From Longimicrobiales bacterium (GTDB lineage Bacteria > Gemmatimonadota > Gemmatimonadetes > Longimicrobiales > Gaopeijiaceae): DNA of 64,000 nt. Numbering within the stretch: position 1 is the stretch's first letter; each line of letters opens with the position of its first letter. The notes below the pieces were generated by a model that worked only from the letters and a program-made list of their open reading frames with translations, was not told the DNA's origin and ran no database searches. Shown here piece by piece: positions 30,392 through 40,019 of the stretch. Position numbers and translations under genes: made by a program. The DNA is taken from the NCBI GenBank assembly GCA_965249725.1, contig CBDFMQ010000002.1, positions 672,001 through 736,000 of the forward strand, written 5' to 3'.

Positions 30392-32575
30392 ATGATTCAG
30401 AGAATCGAACGCCAGTTCGCGGGGCGCACTTTAAGCCTTGAGTTCGGGCGAATGGCCAAGCTGGCACAGGGCTCCTGCCTTGTTCAGTTTGGCGAGACGG
30501 TTGTGCTATGCGCCGTCACGGTCCAAGACCGACCCACACACCTGCCCTTCTTCCCGCTTACGATCGAGTATCGCGAGAAGAGCTATGCGGCCGGGAAGAT
30601 CCCCGGTGGCTTCTTCAAGCGGGAGGGACGCCCCGGTGAGAACGAGGTCCTCGCGGCCCGTCTCACGGACCGTCCGCTTCGGCCCCTGTTCCCCGAGGGA
30701 TTCATGCACGAGACGCAGGTCGCGTGCTTCATCCTGAGCGCGGACCAGGAAAACTCGGCGGACGTACTGGCCATGCTCGGGGCCTCGGTGGCTCTGAACA
30801 TGTCCAAGGTCCCGTTCAACACTCTGGTCGCCTCCGTGCGGATCGGACGTATTAGGGACACGTGGGTCTTGAACCCGACCTTCCAGCAGCTCGAGTACTC
30901 CGATCTAGACATCGTGGTATCCGGGACTGAAGACGCTCTCATGATGGTCGAGGGCGGATCTCTCGAGGTCTCCGAGGCCGAAATTTTGGAGGGACTCGAG
31001 ATCGCCCATGAGGGCATCAGAGAACTCATCGCCATCCAGAAGGAGCTCTTGGAGGGGCACACTGTTCCGGACATGGAGTGGTCCCCGGTAACGCCGGACG
31101 AGGCTCTGGCCACGCGTGTCGGAGAGATGGCTGAGGATCGGATCAAGGAAGCGCTGACGCTTTCAGACAAGGCCGAGAGGAATCAGGCCATGGCCGCCGT
31201 GGCCGAAGACGTGATCAGCCGTCTGGTCGATGAGGACGAGTCCTACTCGGAGCACGAGAAGGACATCAAGGAGGTTCTCCGCACCATCGAGAAGAAGTCG
31301 ATGCGCAGGAGGATTCTGGAGCAGGGTGAGCGAGCCGATGGCCGCAGCCTCGAAGAGGTCCGCCCCATCACCTCCGAGGTCGGGGTTCTGCCCCGCACAC
31401 ACGGTTCGGCGCTCTTCACTCGGGGCCAGACACAAGCCCTCGTGGTGACGACGCTCGGAACTTCTCGGGACGAGCAGCGGATCGACTCGATCGACTCGGC
31501 CGAAGAGGTCACCAAGTCGTTCATGTTGCACTACAACTTCCCGGCGTTCTCGGTGGGTGAGGCAAGGCCTTTCCGGGGGACGACGCGGCGTGAGCAGGGT
31601 CACGGAGCCCTGGCCGAGCGGGCGATTCGTCCGCTGCTGCCGGCCTACGACGACTTCCCCTACACGATTCGGATCGTCTCCGATGTTCTCGAATCCAACG
31701 GGTCGTCTTCGATGGCTACCGTCTGCGGAGCTTCCTTGGCACTGATGGACGCGGGTGCGCCGATCAAGTCGGCGTGTGCAGGTGTGGCCATGGGTTTGAT
31801 CAAGGAGGGCGACGAGGTTGCCATCCTGACCGACATCCTGGGCCTCGAGGATGCCCTGGGTGACATGGACTTCAAGATCGCGGGCACGCGGGACGGCATC
31901 ACGTCGATCCAGATGGACATCAAGTGTGACGGGCTGACCAGCGACATCCTCACGACTGCCCTCGAGCGTGCGCACACCGGTCGTATGCACATTCTCGATG
32001 TCATGTCGCAGGCGTTGGCCGAACCGCGCAGCGACCTGTCGCAGTATGCACCGCGCATCGTGTCGATCCAGATCAACCCCTCGAAGATCGGTGATATCAT
32101 CGGCCCGAAGGGCAAGACGATTCGTGCCATCCAGGAGGAGTCTGGAGCCAAGATCGATATCGACGATTCCGGCCTCGTGAAGATCGCTGCAGTTTCCGGC
32201 GAGGCGGGTGCGAGAGCTCGGGAGATGATCGAAGCGATCGTCCAGGAGCCCGAGGTCGGCCGGATCTATGAGGGGCCCGTGAAGAACACGACTTCTTTCG
32301 GGGCGTTCATCGAGATCGTGCCGGGCGTCGAAGGTCTCTGCCACATATCCGAGCTCGAAGAGGGTAGGGTGGAGAGGACCGAGGACGTGTTGAACACGGG
32401 TGACATCACTCGAGTGAAGCTACTCTCCATCGACGAGAAGGGTCGCCTACGGCTTTCACGAAAGGCTGCCCTGGCCGAAGATGCCCTTTCGGGCTCCGAC
32501 GGTAAGGACTCGGCGGACGACTCGGAGGACGCGGAGTCGAACGAAGACCAAGAGGTCGAGGAAGCACTCAACTGA
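30392..32575 (+). CDS. pnp: Polyribonucleotide nucleotidyltransferase
   Basis: GKIPGGFFKREGRP, HGSALFTRGQTQ, ESNGSSSMA, GDMDFK; KH and S1 domains. Confidence 0.98.
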   Translation: MIQRIERQFAGRTLSLEFGRMAKLAQGSCLVQFGETVVLCAVTVQDRPTHLPFFPLTIEYREKSYAAGKIPGGFFKREGRPGENEVLAARLTDRPLRPLFPEGFMHETQVACFILSADQENSADVLAMLGASVALNMSKVPFNTLVASVRIGRIRDTWVLNPTFQQLEYSDLDIVVSGTEDALMMVEGGSLEVSEAEILEGLEIAHEGIRELIAIQKELLEGHTVPDMEWSPVTPDEALATRVGEMAEDRIKEALTLSDKAERNQAMAAVAEDVISRLVDEDESYSEHEKDIKEVLRTIEKKSMRRRILEQGERADGRSLEEVRPITSEVGVLPRTHGSALFTRGQTQALVVTTLGTSRDEQRIDSIDSAEEVTKSFMLHYNFPAFSVGEARPFRGTTRREQGHGALAERAIRPLLPAYDDFPYTIRIVSDVLESNGSSSMATVCGASLALMDAGAPIKSACAGVAMGLIKEGDEVAILTDILGLEDALGDMDFKIAGTRDGITSIQMDIKCDGLTSDILTTALERAHTGRMHILDVMSQALAEPRSDLSQYAPRIVSIQINPSKIGDIIGPKGKTIRAIQEESGAKIDIDDSGLVKIAAVSGEAGARAREMIEAIVQEPEVGRIYEGPVKNTTSFGAFIEIVPGVEGLCHISELEEGRVERTEDVLNTGDITRVKLLSIDEKGRLRLSRKAALAEDALSGSDGKDSADDSEDAESNEDQEVEEALN

Positions 32576-32598
32576 CCGGTCGCTACACAGCAGGACTA

Positions 32599-32644
32599 CC
32601 AGGGGGGCATGGGCTAGGCGTCCATGCCCCCTTGGGCCTTTTTC
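32599..32644 (+). terminator. Intrinsic terminator after pnp
   Basis: CCAGGGGGGCATGG..CCATGCCCCCTTGG stem followed by CCTTTTT. Confidence 0.65.
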
Positions 32645-32662
32645 AGGGGATGTCATTCATCG

Positions 32663-33880
32663 ATGCGTGAGACGTGTTTGGACAACGGGGTCCGTCTCGT
32701 TACGGAGCAGATTCCCGGAGTGCGCTCTGCGGCCGTAGGCGTGTGGCTGAAGCAGGGCTCGGCACATGAAACGCCCGATGTTCTCGGGGTGAGTCATTTC
32801 CTCGAGCACCTGGTATTCAAGGGCACCGAACGACGCAGTGCTCACGAAATCGCTCTTTCCCTCGAATCTCTCGGGGGCGGCCTGGACGCCTATACCACTC
32901 GGGAGCACACCAGCTATCAGGCGCGCGTCCTCGATGAGCACCTGCCCCAGGCGCTCGACGTGCTGGCCGATCTCGTGCTGCATCCTCGCCTCGATCCGAC
33001 GGATCTGGAGCTCGAGCGAGCCGTAGTGCTGGAGGAGATCGCGGGCGTCGAGGATACACCGGACGACATGGTCTTCGACCTGCACGGTGAGCGGTTCTGG
33101 AACGGTCACCCTTATGGCCAGGCCATCCTGGGCACTCGTGAGACCGTAGGTGCGCTTACCGCCGAGGATGTCCGTCGCCTTCACGCTTCGAGATACCGTG
33201 GCGGCAACCTGGTGGTAGGGTGCGCGGGGAACGTGGATCACGACGTGGTGACCGAACACTTGGCCCGACTCTTCGGTCCGGCTCCCGAGGGTGGCGGCGT
33301 GGCGGACATCGCCACGCCGGCTGGAAATGCCACGGGTCGTGACGCCGTGGTGCGCGACACTACACAGGCCCATGTGGTGGTGGGCAACCGCACGCCGTCC
33401 CATGCGGACCCGGTGCGTGACGCACTGCTCCTGATCTCCAGCGCCTTCGGGGGAGGCATGAGTTCGCGGCTCTTCCAGCGAATTCGGGAGGAGATGGCGC
33501 TCGCCTACTCGGTCTTCTCGTTCCAGTCGTTCTACAGCCGGGCCGGAACCGCGGGCGTGTACGTCGGCACCCGACCTGAGGCTCGAGAGCAGGCCCTCGA
33601 AGCCATTCTCGCCGAGTACCGGTTGCTTCATGCCGAGGGCCTCACGGCCCGGGAGCTGGAGCAGGCCAAGAACCAAAGCAAGGGCCACATGATCTTGTCC
33701 ATGGAGTCGACGGGGGCTCGGCTGATGCGCATGGCGGGCTACGTCCTGCGCGGCGAGCCCTACCGGGATTTGGAGGAGTCGCTGGCCCGGGTCGATTCCG
33801 TCACTCTGGAGGACGTGAACGCCGCGTGTGCGCTCTTTTTCGATCCGGAGGACCAGTACGTTTTGAGTCTGGGTCCATGA
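32663..33880 (+). CDS. M16 (pitrilysin) family zinc peptidase
   Basis: GVSHFLEHLVFKGT (HxxEH), GGMSSRLFQRIRE. Confidence 0.93.
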   Translation: MRETCLDNGVRLVTEQIPGVRSAAVGVWLKQGSAHETPDVLGVSHFLEHLVFKGTERRSAHEIALSLESLGGGLDAYTTREHTSYQARVLDEHLPQALDVLADLVLHPRLDPTDLELERAVVLEEIAGVEDTPDDMVFDLHGERFWNGHPYGQAILGTRETVGALTAEDVRRLHASRYRGGNLVVGCAGNVDHDVVTEHLARLFGPAPEGGGVADIATPAGNATGRDAVVRDTTQAHVVVGNRTPSHADPVRDALLLISSAFGGGMSSRLFQRIREEMALAYSVFSFQSFYSRAGTAGVYVGTRPEAREQALEAILAEYRLLHAEGLTARELEQAKNQSKGHMILSMESTGARLMRMAGYVLRGEPYRDLEESLARVDSVTLEDVNAACALFFDPEDQYVLSLGP

Positions 33881-34001
33881 TGTTTTAGTCCCTGCCTGAT
33901 CCGCCGAACATCCCCCTTGCGGAGGGTCGCTTGGGCCGGTTCGATTCGGTAGTTTCTGTCGTTGCCCAGACCCGACATTATCCACACCAACCCCATATAT
34001 C

Positions 34002-35132
34002 ATGCTGATCGGAGTACCGAAGGAAATAAAGCGCGAGGAGTACCGCGTAGCCCTGACTCCGGCGGGCGCCGAAGCGTTGACGCAGGCGGGCCACGAGGTC
34101 TTGATGGAGGCCGGTGCCGGCCAGGGAAGTGGCTTTACGGACGACTTCTACGCCGCTGCCGGGGCCGAGTTGGTCCCGACGTCAGACGAGGTGTGGGCTC
34201 GGGCCGAAATGATCATGAAGGTCAAGGAGCCGATCGAGCCGGAATGGCCGAAGATCCGGCCCGGTCAGCTGCTCTTCACCTACTTCCACTTCGCGTCCTC
34301 CGAACCACTGACCGACGCTCTCATCGCCTCCAAGGCCGTCGCCATCGCGTATGAGACCGTGGAGCTGCCGAGTGGGGAACTGCCCCTTCTGACGCCCATG
34401 AGTGAGGTCGCCGGCCGTATGGCCGTGCAGGAAGGTGCCAAGTACCTGGAGCGTCACTCCGGCGGGGCCGGGGTCCTTCTGGGCGGTGTCCCGGGAGTGC
34501 TGCCCGGGAAGGTGGTCATCCTCGGGGGTGGCATCGTGGGGACGCATGCCGCTCTCATGGCCGCGGGGTTGGGTGCTCGGGTCTCCATTCTGGACGTTTC
34601 ACTCGCTCGTCTCCGGCAGCTCGAAGGCATCATGCCGGCCAACGTGAATCTGCTCTACTCAACGCGATATGCCATTCGGAAGCAGATCGAAGACGCCGAT
34701 CTGGTTGTGGGTGCGGTGCTGCTGCACGGCGCGAAGGCACCCAACCTCATCGTCGAGGACGATCTCAAGGCAATGAAGCCGGGTTCGGTGATCGTGGATG
34801 TGGCGGTGGACCAGGGTGGTTGTGTAGAGACGATCAAACCCACCACCCACGGGGATCCCATCTACATTGTGCACGACGTGATCCACTACGGCGTCGCGAA
34901 CATGCCGGGTGGTGTTCCGAGAACGAGCACGCTCGCTCTGACCAACGCGACGCTTCCGTATGCCATCACGTTGGCGACTCAGGGTTGGCAGGCCGCGTGC
35001 CAGAACGACCCCGCGCTCGCGTTGGGCGTGAACATCGTGGACGGGCATGTGACGTATCCGGGGGTTGCCGACGCATTCGGGCTGGAATGTGCCGACGTCA
35101 ACGACTTCCTCACAGCGGCGTCGCAGGCCTGA
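34002..35132 (+). CDS. ald: Alanine dehydrogenase
   Basis: [34 protein letters not shown]. Confidence 0.96.
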   Translation: MLIGVPKEIKREEYRVALTPAGAEALTQAGHEVLMEAGAGQGSGFTDDFYAAAGAELVPTSDEVWARAEMIMKVKEPIEPEWPKIRPGQLLFTYFHFASSEPLTDALIASKAVAIAYETVELPSGELPLLTPMSEVAGRMAVQEGAKYLERHSGGAGVLLGGVPGVLPGKVVILGGGIVGTHAALMAAGLGARVSILDVSLARLRQLEGIMPANVNLLYSTRYAIRKQIEDADLVVGAVLLHGAKAPNLIVEDDLKAMKPGSVIVDVAVDQGGCVETIKPTTHGDPIYIVHDVIHYGVANMPGGVPRTSTLALTNATLPYAITLATQGWQAACQNDPALALGVNIVDGHVTYPGVADAFGLECADVNDFLTAASQA

Positions 35133-35136
35133 CGAA

Positions 35137-35583
35137 TTGGGCGACCTAGTACGCTTCAGGCGTCTTCCGAGCAACCCGGACCTTCCGCTGCCCGCTCGGG
35201 CGACCGAGTATGCCGCCGGATACGACGTGCGTTCTGCCGAGGACGATTTCGTCCTCGAGCCGGGCGAAATCCGGCTGGTTCCTACGGGTCTCAATATGGA
35301 GCTGCCCGAGGGACTGGAATGTCAGGTTCGGCCTCGGTCGGGCCTCGCCCTCCGGCACGGCATCACCCTTCCCAACAGCCCCGGGACGATCGATCCGGAC
35401 TACAGGGGTGAGTTGCGGGTCATCATGCAGAACAACGGAAGTGAAGCGGTACCCATCGAGCGCGGGGATCGGATCGCCCAGTTGGTCTTCCATCATTTCG
35501 CGACGCCCGAGGTCGTGGAGTCAGAGGAACTCGGCGCCACGGCCAGGGGCTCGGACGGCTTCGGCAGCACAGGTCGGGGTTAG
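35137..35583 (+). CDS. dut: dUTP diphosphatase (TTG start inferred)
   Basis: [38 protein letters not shown]. Confidence 0.95.
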   Translation: MGDLVRFRRLPSNPDLPLPARATEYAAGYDVRSAEDDFVLEPGEIRLVPTGLNMELPEGLECQVRPRSGLALRHGITLPNSPGTIDPDYRGELRVIMQNNGSEAVPIERGDRIAQLVFHHFATPEVVESEELGATARGSDGFGSTGRG

Positions 35584-35703
35584 GCGACGGCCCGGATCCT
35601 GCAACTGAAAGTTTGACAATGACTTGACGCCACATTTCTTGTAAGCATCTTGAGGTGGCGGTAGAGCGATACCTTCAAGATCTGATACCAGAGAGAATCC
35701 CCG

Positions 35704-36750
35704 ATAGCCCAGACCTTCAAAGACTGGCTTGAAGCCGGCCGACTGATCCCCGTAAACGACATCGCAGTGGATCTCGGTACGGCGAATACCCTCGTGTATG
35801 TGAAGGGCGAGGGAATCGTCCTCAACGAACCCTCGGTTGTGGCGGTGGACAAGGCGTCCGGTCGCATCATGGGGGTGGGGCTCAAGGCCAAACGGATGCT
35901 GGGTCGTACGCCCGAGGGCATCGAAGCCGTTCGGCCGCTCAAGGACGGGGTCATCGCCGACGTCGACGTGACGGAGATGATGCTCCGCCACTTTCTGAAG
36001 CAAGTGACGGCCAAGCGGGTCTTCCGCATCAAGCCCAGAGTCGTCGTGGGTGTGCCCTCCGGGATCACCGAGCTTGAGCGGCGGGCCGTGCGTTCCAGCG
36101 CGATCTCCGCGGGGGCCAAGGCCGTCTACATGGTCGCGGAGCCGATGGCTGCCGCCATCGGTGTCGGCCTTCCGGTTGAGACCCCTACCGGCAACATGGT
36201 CATCGATATCGGGGGCGGCACGACCGAGATCGCGGTCATAGCGCTGGCCGGAATCGTGTCCAACACGTCGATCCGCGTCGGTGGGGACGAGTTGGACGCC
36301 GCCATCGTCACGTTCCTCCGCAAGAACTACAACCTCTTGATCGGTGAGCCGACCGCGGAGGCCATCAAGATCCAGATCGGCTCCGCGTTCGAGTCCGGTG
36401 AAGAGCGGGAAATGGACGTGAAGGGGAGAGACCTGGTCAGCGGTATCCCCAAGACGGTGCACGTGCATTCACAGGAGATCCGTGAGTGCATCCAGGAGCC
36501 GATTCAGTCCGTGGTTGAGGCGGTGCGGCGGGCACTCGAGATTACGCCCCCCGAGCTGTCCAGTGATATCGTGGATCGGGGCATCGTGATGACGGGTGGC
36601 GGCGTGTTGATCAGGGGTCTGGATCGCCTGTTACAGCACGAGACAAACCTTCCGATCCACGTGGACGAGGAGCCTCTCACCTGCGTGGTCCGAGGCGCGG
36701 GCCGGATCTTGGACGATCTGCAGAAATACCGCACGGTGCTGGCCACGTAG
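35704..36750 (+). CDS. mreB: Rod shape-determining protein MreB (probable non-canonical ATA start; first GTG at 35767)
   Basis: NDIAVDLGTANT, EPSVVA, DIGGGTTE, GGDELD, MTGGG. Confidence 0.95.
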   Translation: MAQTFKDWLEAGRLIPVNDIAVDLGTANTLVYVKGEGIVLNEPSVVAVDKASGRIMGVGLKAKRMLGRTPEGIEAVRPLKDGVIADVDVTEMMLRHFLKQVTAKRVFRIKPRVVVGVPSGITELERRAVRSSAISAGAKAVYMVAEPMAAAIGVGLPVETPTGNMVIDIGGGTTEIAVIALAGIVSNTSIRVGGDELDAAIVTFLRKNYNLLIGEPTAEAIKIQIGSAFESGEEREMDVKGRDLVSGIPKTVHVHSQEIRECIQEPIQSVVEAVRRALEITPPELSSDIVDRGIVMTGGGVLIRGLDRLLQHETNLPIHVDEEPLTCVVRGAGRILDDLQKYRTVLAT

Positions 36751-36826
36751 TGTAGGGGTCTTACACTGACCACCCCACGCGCGCTCCGGCGCGCCCGGTA
36801 CCCGTCTTCAGGGGTTCGGCGGCACT

Positions 36827-37687
36827 ATGCCAACGTACACGACCGAAACCGAAGGGGCTGAACCGAGCCGAAGCGGACTGATCGCCCTCGGGTTCTTCGT
36901 GGCCTCCCTGCTGGTGCTCTACCTTCCCGCCGGCCCCCAACAGCAGTTGGCTTCCATTGTTCGGGGCAGCATTCTTCGCCCCTTCGTCATGACCCAGGAG
37001 GGCCTCGCACGTCGGCTTGTGCACGCCGCCGAGACCGAGGTCCTGCAGCAGCAGCTCGACTCGCTGGCCGCGGTCCTCTCCGATCAGACCACCCTGGGGG
37101 AAGAGAACGACCGGCTCCGGCGCCTGTTGGCGCTCTCCCAGCGACTGTCGGCATCCTACGTGGCAGCCAGCGTGATTCGACCCGGCACTCCGGGTTCCGA
37201 GAGCATGTTCCTGCTGGACGCCGGGGGGCTCGAGGGGGTCGTCGCCAATACCCCCGTGATCATGGGGCGTGGACTGCTCGGCGTGGTACGAGAGTCCCGC
37301 GACAACAACGCCGTCGGCATGGACTGGACCCACCCCGAGTTCCGGGCGAGTGCCATGACGTTGGATGGCAGTGTGTACGGGCTGGTGCAGGCGACGCGGG
37401 GGTTGTTCCGCGAAGCGGATCGACTGCTGCTCGACGGGATTCCCTTTCACGAGGAGCTCGCCCCCGGCACGGTCTTGGTTACGAGCGCGCTCGGCGGTGT
37501 CTACCCTCGAGGGATTCCCATCGGCACCGTGCTCGAAGAGGCCGAGGCCCGGGCAGGCTGGCGGCGCTCCTATTGGCTGCGCCCCTTCGTCTCGCCCGGG
37601 GAGGCCACTCATGTTCTGGTCCTGGTACCCGACGGTGACCTCGAGAACGTGACGGGGATCTGGCCCCGGGAAGAGCCGGGTTCATGA
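36827..37687 (+). CDS. mreC: Rod shape-determining protein MreC
   Basis: TM, coiled coil ENDRLRRLL, TSALGGVYPRGIPIG. Confidence 0.92.
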   Translation: MPTYTTETEGAEPSRSGLIALGFFVASLLVLYLPAGPQQQLASIVRGSILRPFVMTQEGLARRLVHAAETEVLQQQLDSLAAVLSDQTTLGEENDRLRRLLALSQRLSASYVAASVIRPGTPGSESMFLLDAGGLEGVVANTPVIMGRGLLGVVRESRDNNAVGMDWTHPEFRASAMTLDGSVYGLVQATRGLFREADRLLLDGIPFHEELAPGTVLVTSALGGVYPRGIPIGTVLEEAEARAGWRRSYWLRPFVSPGEATHVLVLVPDGDLENVTGIWPREEPGS

Positions 37688-38166
37688 GGGGCTCTCTTCG
37701 CGTTTGGGTTGTCGTCGGCCTCTTGGTGGTTCTCCACTTCGGGCTGCACCTCAGCCTCGGGCTCGGTCAGAGTGCCCCGGACCTTCTCGTCGTGGCGCTC
37801 CTCATTGCCGCTCGTGAGGTCGGGGTGGGCGCCGGATCGGGGCTCGGCTTCTTCCTGGGGCTCATGGACGACGCTTTTTCGGTCCTCGCCTTCGGAGCCA
37901 ACGCCTTCGCACTGACGCTCGTGGGAGCGGGAGGTGCCAAGACGAGAGATCTGTTCGTGGGCGATTCTCTCATCTTCATGGTGTCCTATCTCGTCTTCGG
38001 GAAGTGGTGCAGGGATCTCCTGCATTGGGTTGCGGTAGGCGAATCGGTGAGAGAACCTTTCGTCGATACCATGCTTATCAACTCGCCACTGGCGGCGGCG
38101 TACGCCGCCTTGGTAGGACTCGGAGTCGTTGCGATCAGCGGCATCGGGTGGGAGACGGTACGGTGA
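37684..38166 (+). CDS. mreD: Rod shape-determining protein MreD
   Basis: Small polytopic membrane protein; PDLL, GFFLGLMDD; operon position. Confidence 0.88.
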   Translation: MRGSLRVWVVVGLLVVLHFGLHLSLGLGQSAPDLLVVALLIAAREVGVGAGSGLGFFLGLMDDAFSVLAFGANAFALTLVGAGGAKTRDLFVGDSLIFMVSYLVFGKWCRDLLHWVAVGESVREPFVDTMLINSPLAAAYAALVGLGVVAISGIGWETVR

Positions 38167-39995
38167 GAGCACAGCACCCCCACCGGAGGAGACTCAGGGC
38201 GCACGGCGCTCTCGGCATCGCCGCGATAGTCCTGGGCGTCCTGGGCCTGCAGTTCTTCAGGGTGCAGGTCCTGCGTTCCAGCGACTACAAGCTGCGCTCC
38301 GAATCGAACCGATTCCGCCCTCTGGCCGTGCCCGCGCCTCGGGGCACCGTGTTCGACCGGTACGGGCGTGTCATCGCCGACAACGTGCCCGGATATGCGG
38401 TCTACGTTTTGAGGGACTCCCGAGAAGCTACGCGAGAAGCCCTGGAACGACTTCGTCCCCACCTGGACCTGTCCGATGAGCGGATCGAAAGCCTCATGGA
38501 GCGTGTTCGTCGCCACGAGCCTCTACTCGTGGATATCGACGCCGACTTCTCGGCCATCTCGGTGCTCGAGGAGCGACGGGAGAGCTTCCCGGGGGTCTAC
38601 ATCGAGATGCGGCCCAAGCGGCGCTACTACGGCGAGGACGCGGTAGCGCACGCGATCGGGTACGTCAGCGAGGTTACCGCTGAGGAATTGGAGTCGGAAC
38701 GTTTCGCCGATTACGAACAGGGGATTCTGGTCGGCAAGGTCGGAATCGAGCGGCAATATGAGGAGAGGCTCCAGGGGCAGCAGGGCATGCGCTATCTGGA
38801 GGTCGACGCCACCGGACGCATCGTCGGACCGCTGGCCGGAATCGAGGAAGATCCCGGCCAGCCGGGCCAAGACCTCGAGTTGACGCTCGACCTGGAGCTG
38901 ATGGAGTGGATCCACAAGATCTTCCCCGACTCGCTTCCCGGTGCGGTGGTTGCGCTGGACCCCGCCGATGGAGGTGTCCTGGCACTCTACTCGGCGCCCA
39001 CGTACGACCCCAACGACTTCGTGGGAGGAATCGACGAGGACGACTGGGAGGCGCTCAGCACCGATCCTCAGAAGCCACTCCTCAACCGGACGGTGATGGG
39101 GCTCTACCCGCCGGCTTCCACCTGGAAGCTCGCCGCCGCGGGTATCGGCCTCGACCTGGGGGTAGTGGGGCCTCACGAGGAAATGCCGATTCCGTGTACA
39201 GGTGGCTTGGTGTACGGGGGCGAGTATCGATCGTGCTGGCTTCCCGAGGGTCACGGTTTCCTCGATCTCGCGGGTGCCATCGCCCAGTCTTGCAACGTGT
39301 ACTTCTATCAGCTGGGCATGCGAATCGGACTGGATCGTATGCTCGAGGCGGGTACGCGCATCGGTTTCGCGGAGCAGTGCGGCATCGACCTGCCCCAAGA
39401 GAGCCGGGGCATCTTCCCCGAAGAACGGGCGTTTTGGGAACGCCGCTTCGGGTATCGGCCCTTGGAGGGTGAGGTGCTCAGCCTCGCGCTCGGACAGGGA
39501 CCCAATTCCCAGACGCCACTCAAGATGGCGCAGTTCTACATGGCACTTGCCCGCGACGGCTCGGCTCCGGCACCGCACCTCTTGGCCGATCCGGATCCGA
39601 CGGAGGGGTGGCGACTCAACCTGTCTCGCGAGAGTATCGAGCAGCTCCGGGAGGGCATGCGTCGGGTCACGTCTCCGGGCGGGACGGCTCACTATCGGGC
39701 CTCGCTCGAGCACTGGGAGATCATCGGCAAGACGGGCAGTGGCCAGAACGCTCAGGACCCCGAACGGGCTCATGCCTGGTTCGCCGGCATGGCGGGTCCT
39801 TGGGGGGGAGAGCCGGAGATCGTGGTCGTCGTCCTCGTAGAATTCGGAGAGAGCGGCTCGGCGATGGCGGCCCCGATCGCCGCAAAGGCCGCTGATTTCT
39901 ACCTGCGACGGAAGTACGGCATTCCGGTGGATTCCATCCAGACCCTCGCCGAACACGTGGAGTCGGGCACACCGGCGCCGTGGGCTCGGTGGTGA
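38163..39995 (+). CDS. mrdA: Penicillin-binding protein 2
   Basis: APRGTVFDRYG; SxxK (STWK), SxN (SCN), KTG. Confidence 0.95.
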   Translation: MRAQHPHRRRLRAHGALGIAAIVLGVLGLQFFRVQVLRSSDYKLRSESNRFRPLAVPAPRGTVFDRYGRVIADNVPGYAVYVLRDSREATREALERLRPHLDLSDERIESLMERVRRHEPLLVDIDADFSAISVLEERRESFPGVYIEMRPKRRYYGEDAVAHAIGYVSEVTAEELESERFADYEQGILVGKVGIERQYEERLQGQQGMRYLEVDATGRIVGPLAGIEEDPGQPGQDLELTLDLELMEWIHKIFPDSLPGAVVALDPADGGVLALYSAPTYDPNDFVGGIDEDDWEALSTDPQKPLLNRTVMGLYPPASTWKLAAAGIGLDLGVVGPHEEMPIPCTGGLVYGGEYRSCWLPEGHGFLDLAGAIAQSCNVYFYQLGMRIGLDRMLEAGTRIGFAEQCGIDLPQESRGIFPEERAFWERRFGYRPLEGEVLSLALGQGPNSQTPLKMAQFYMALARDGSAPAPHLLADPDPTEGWRLNLSRESIEQLREGMRRVTSPGGTAHYRASLEHWEIIGKTGSGQNAQDPERAHAWFAGMAGPWGGEPEIVVVVLVEFGESGSAMAAPIAAKAADFYLRRKYGIPVDSIQTLAEHVESGTPAPWARW

Positions 39996-40019
39996 GGCCT
40001 GAGCGCCTCTAGGCCTTGA

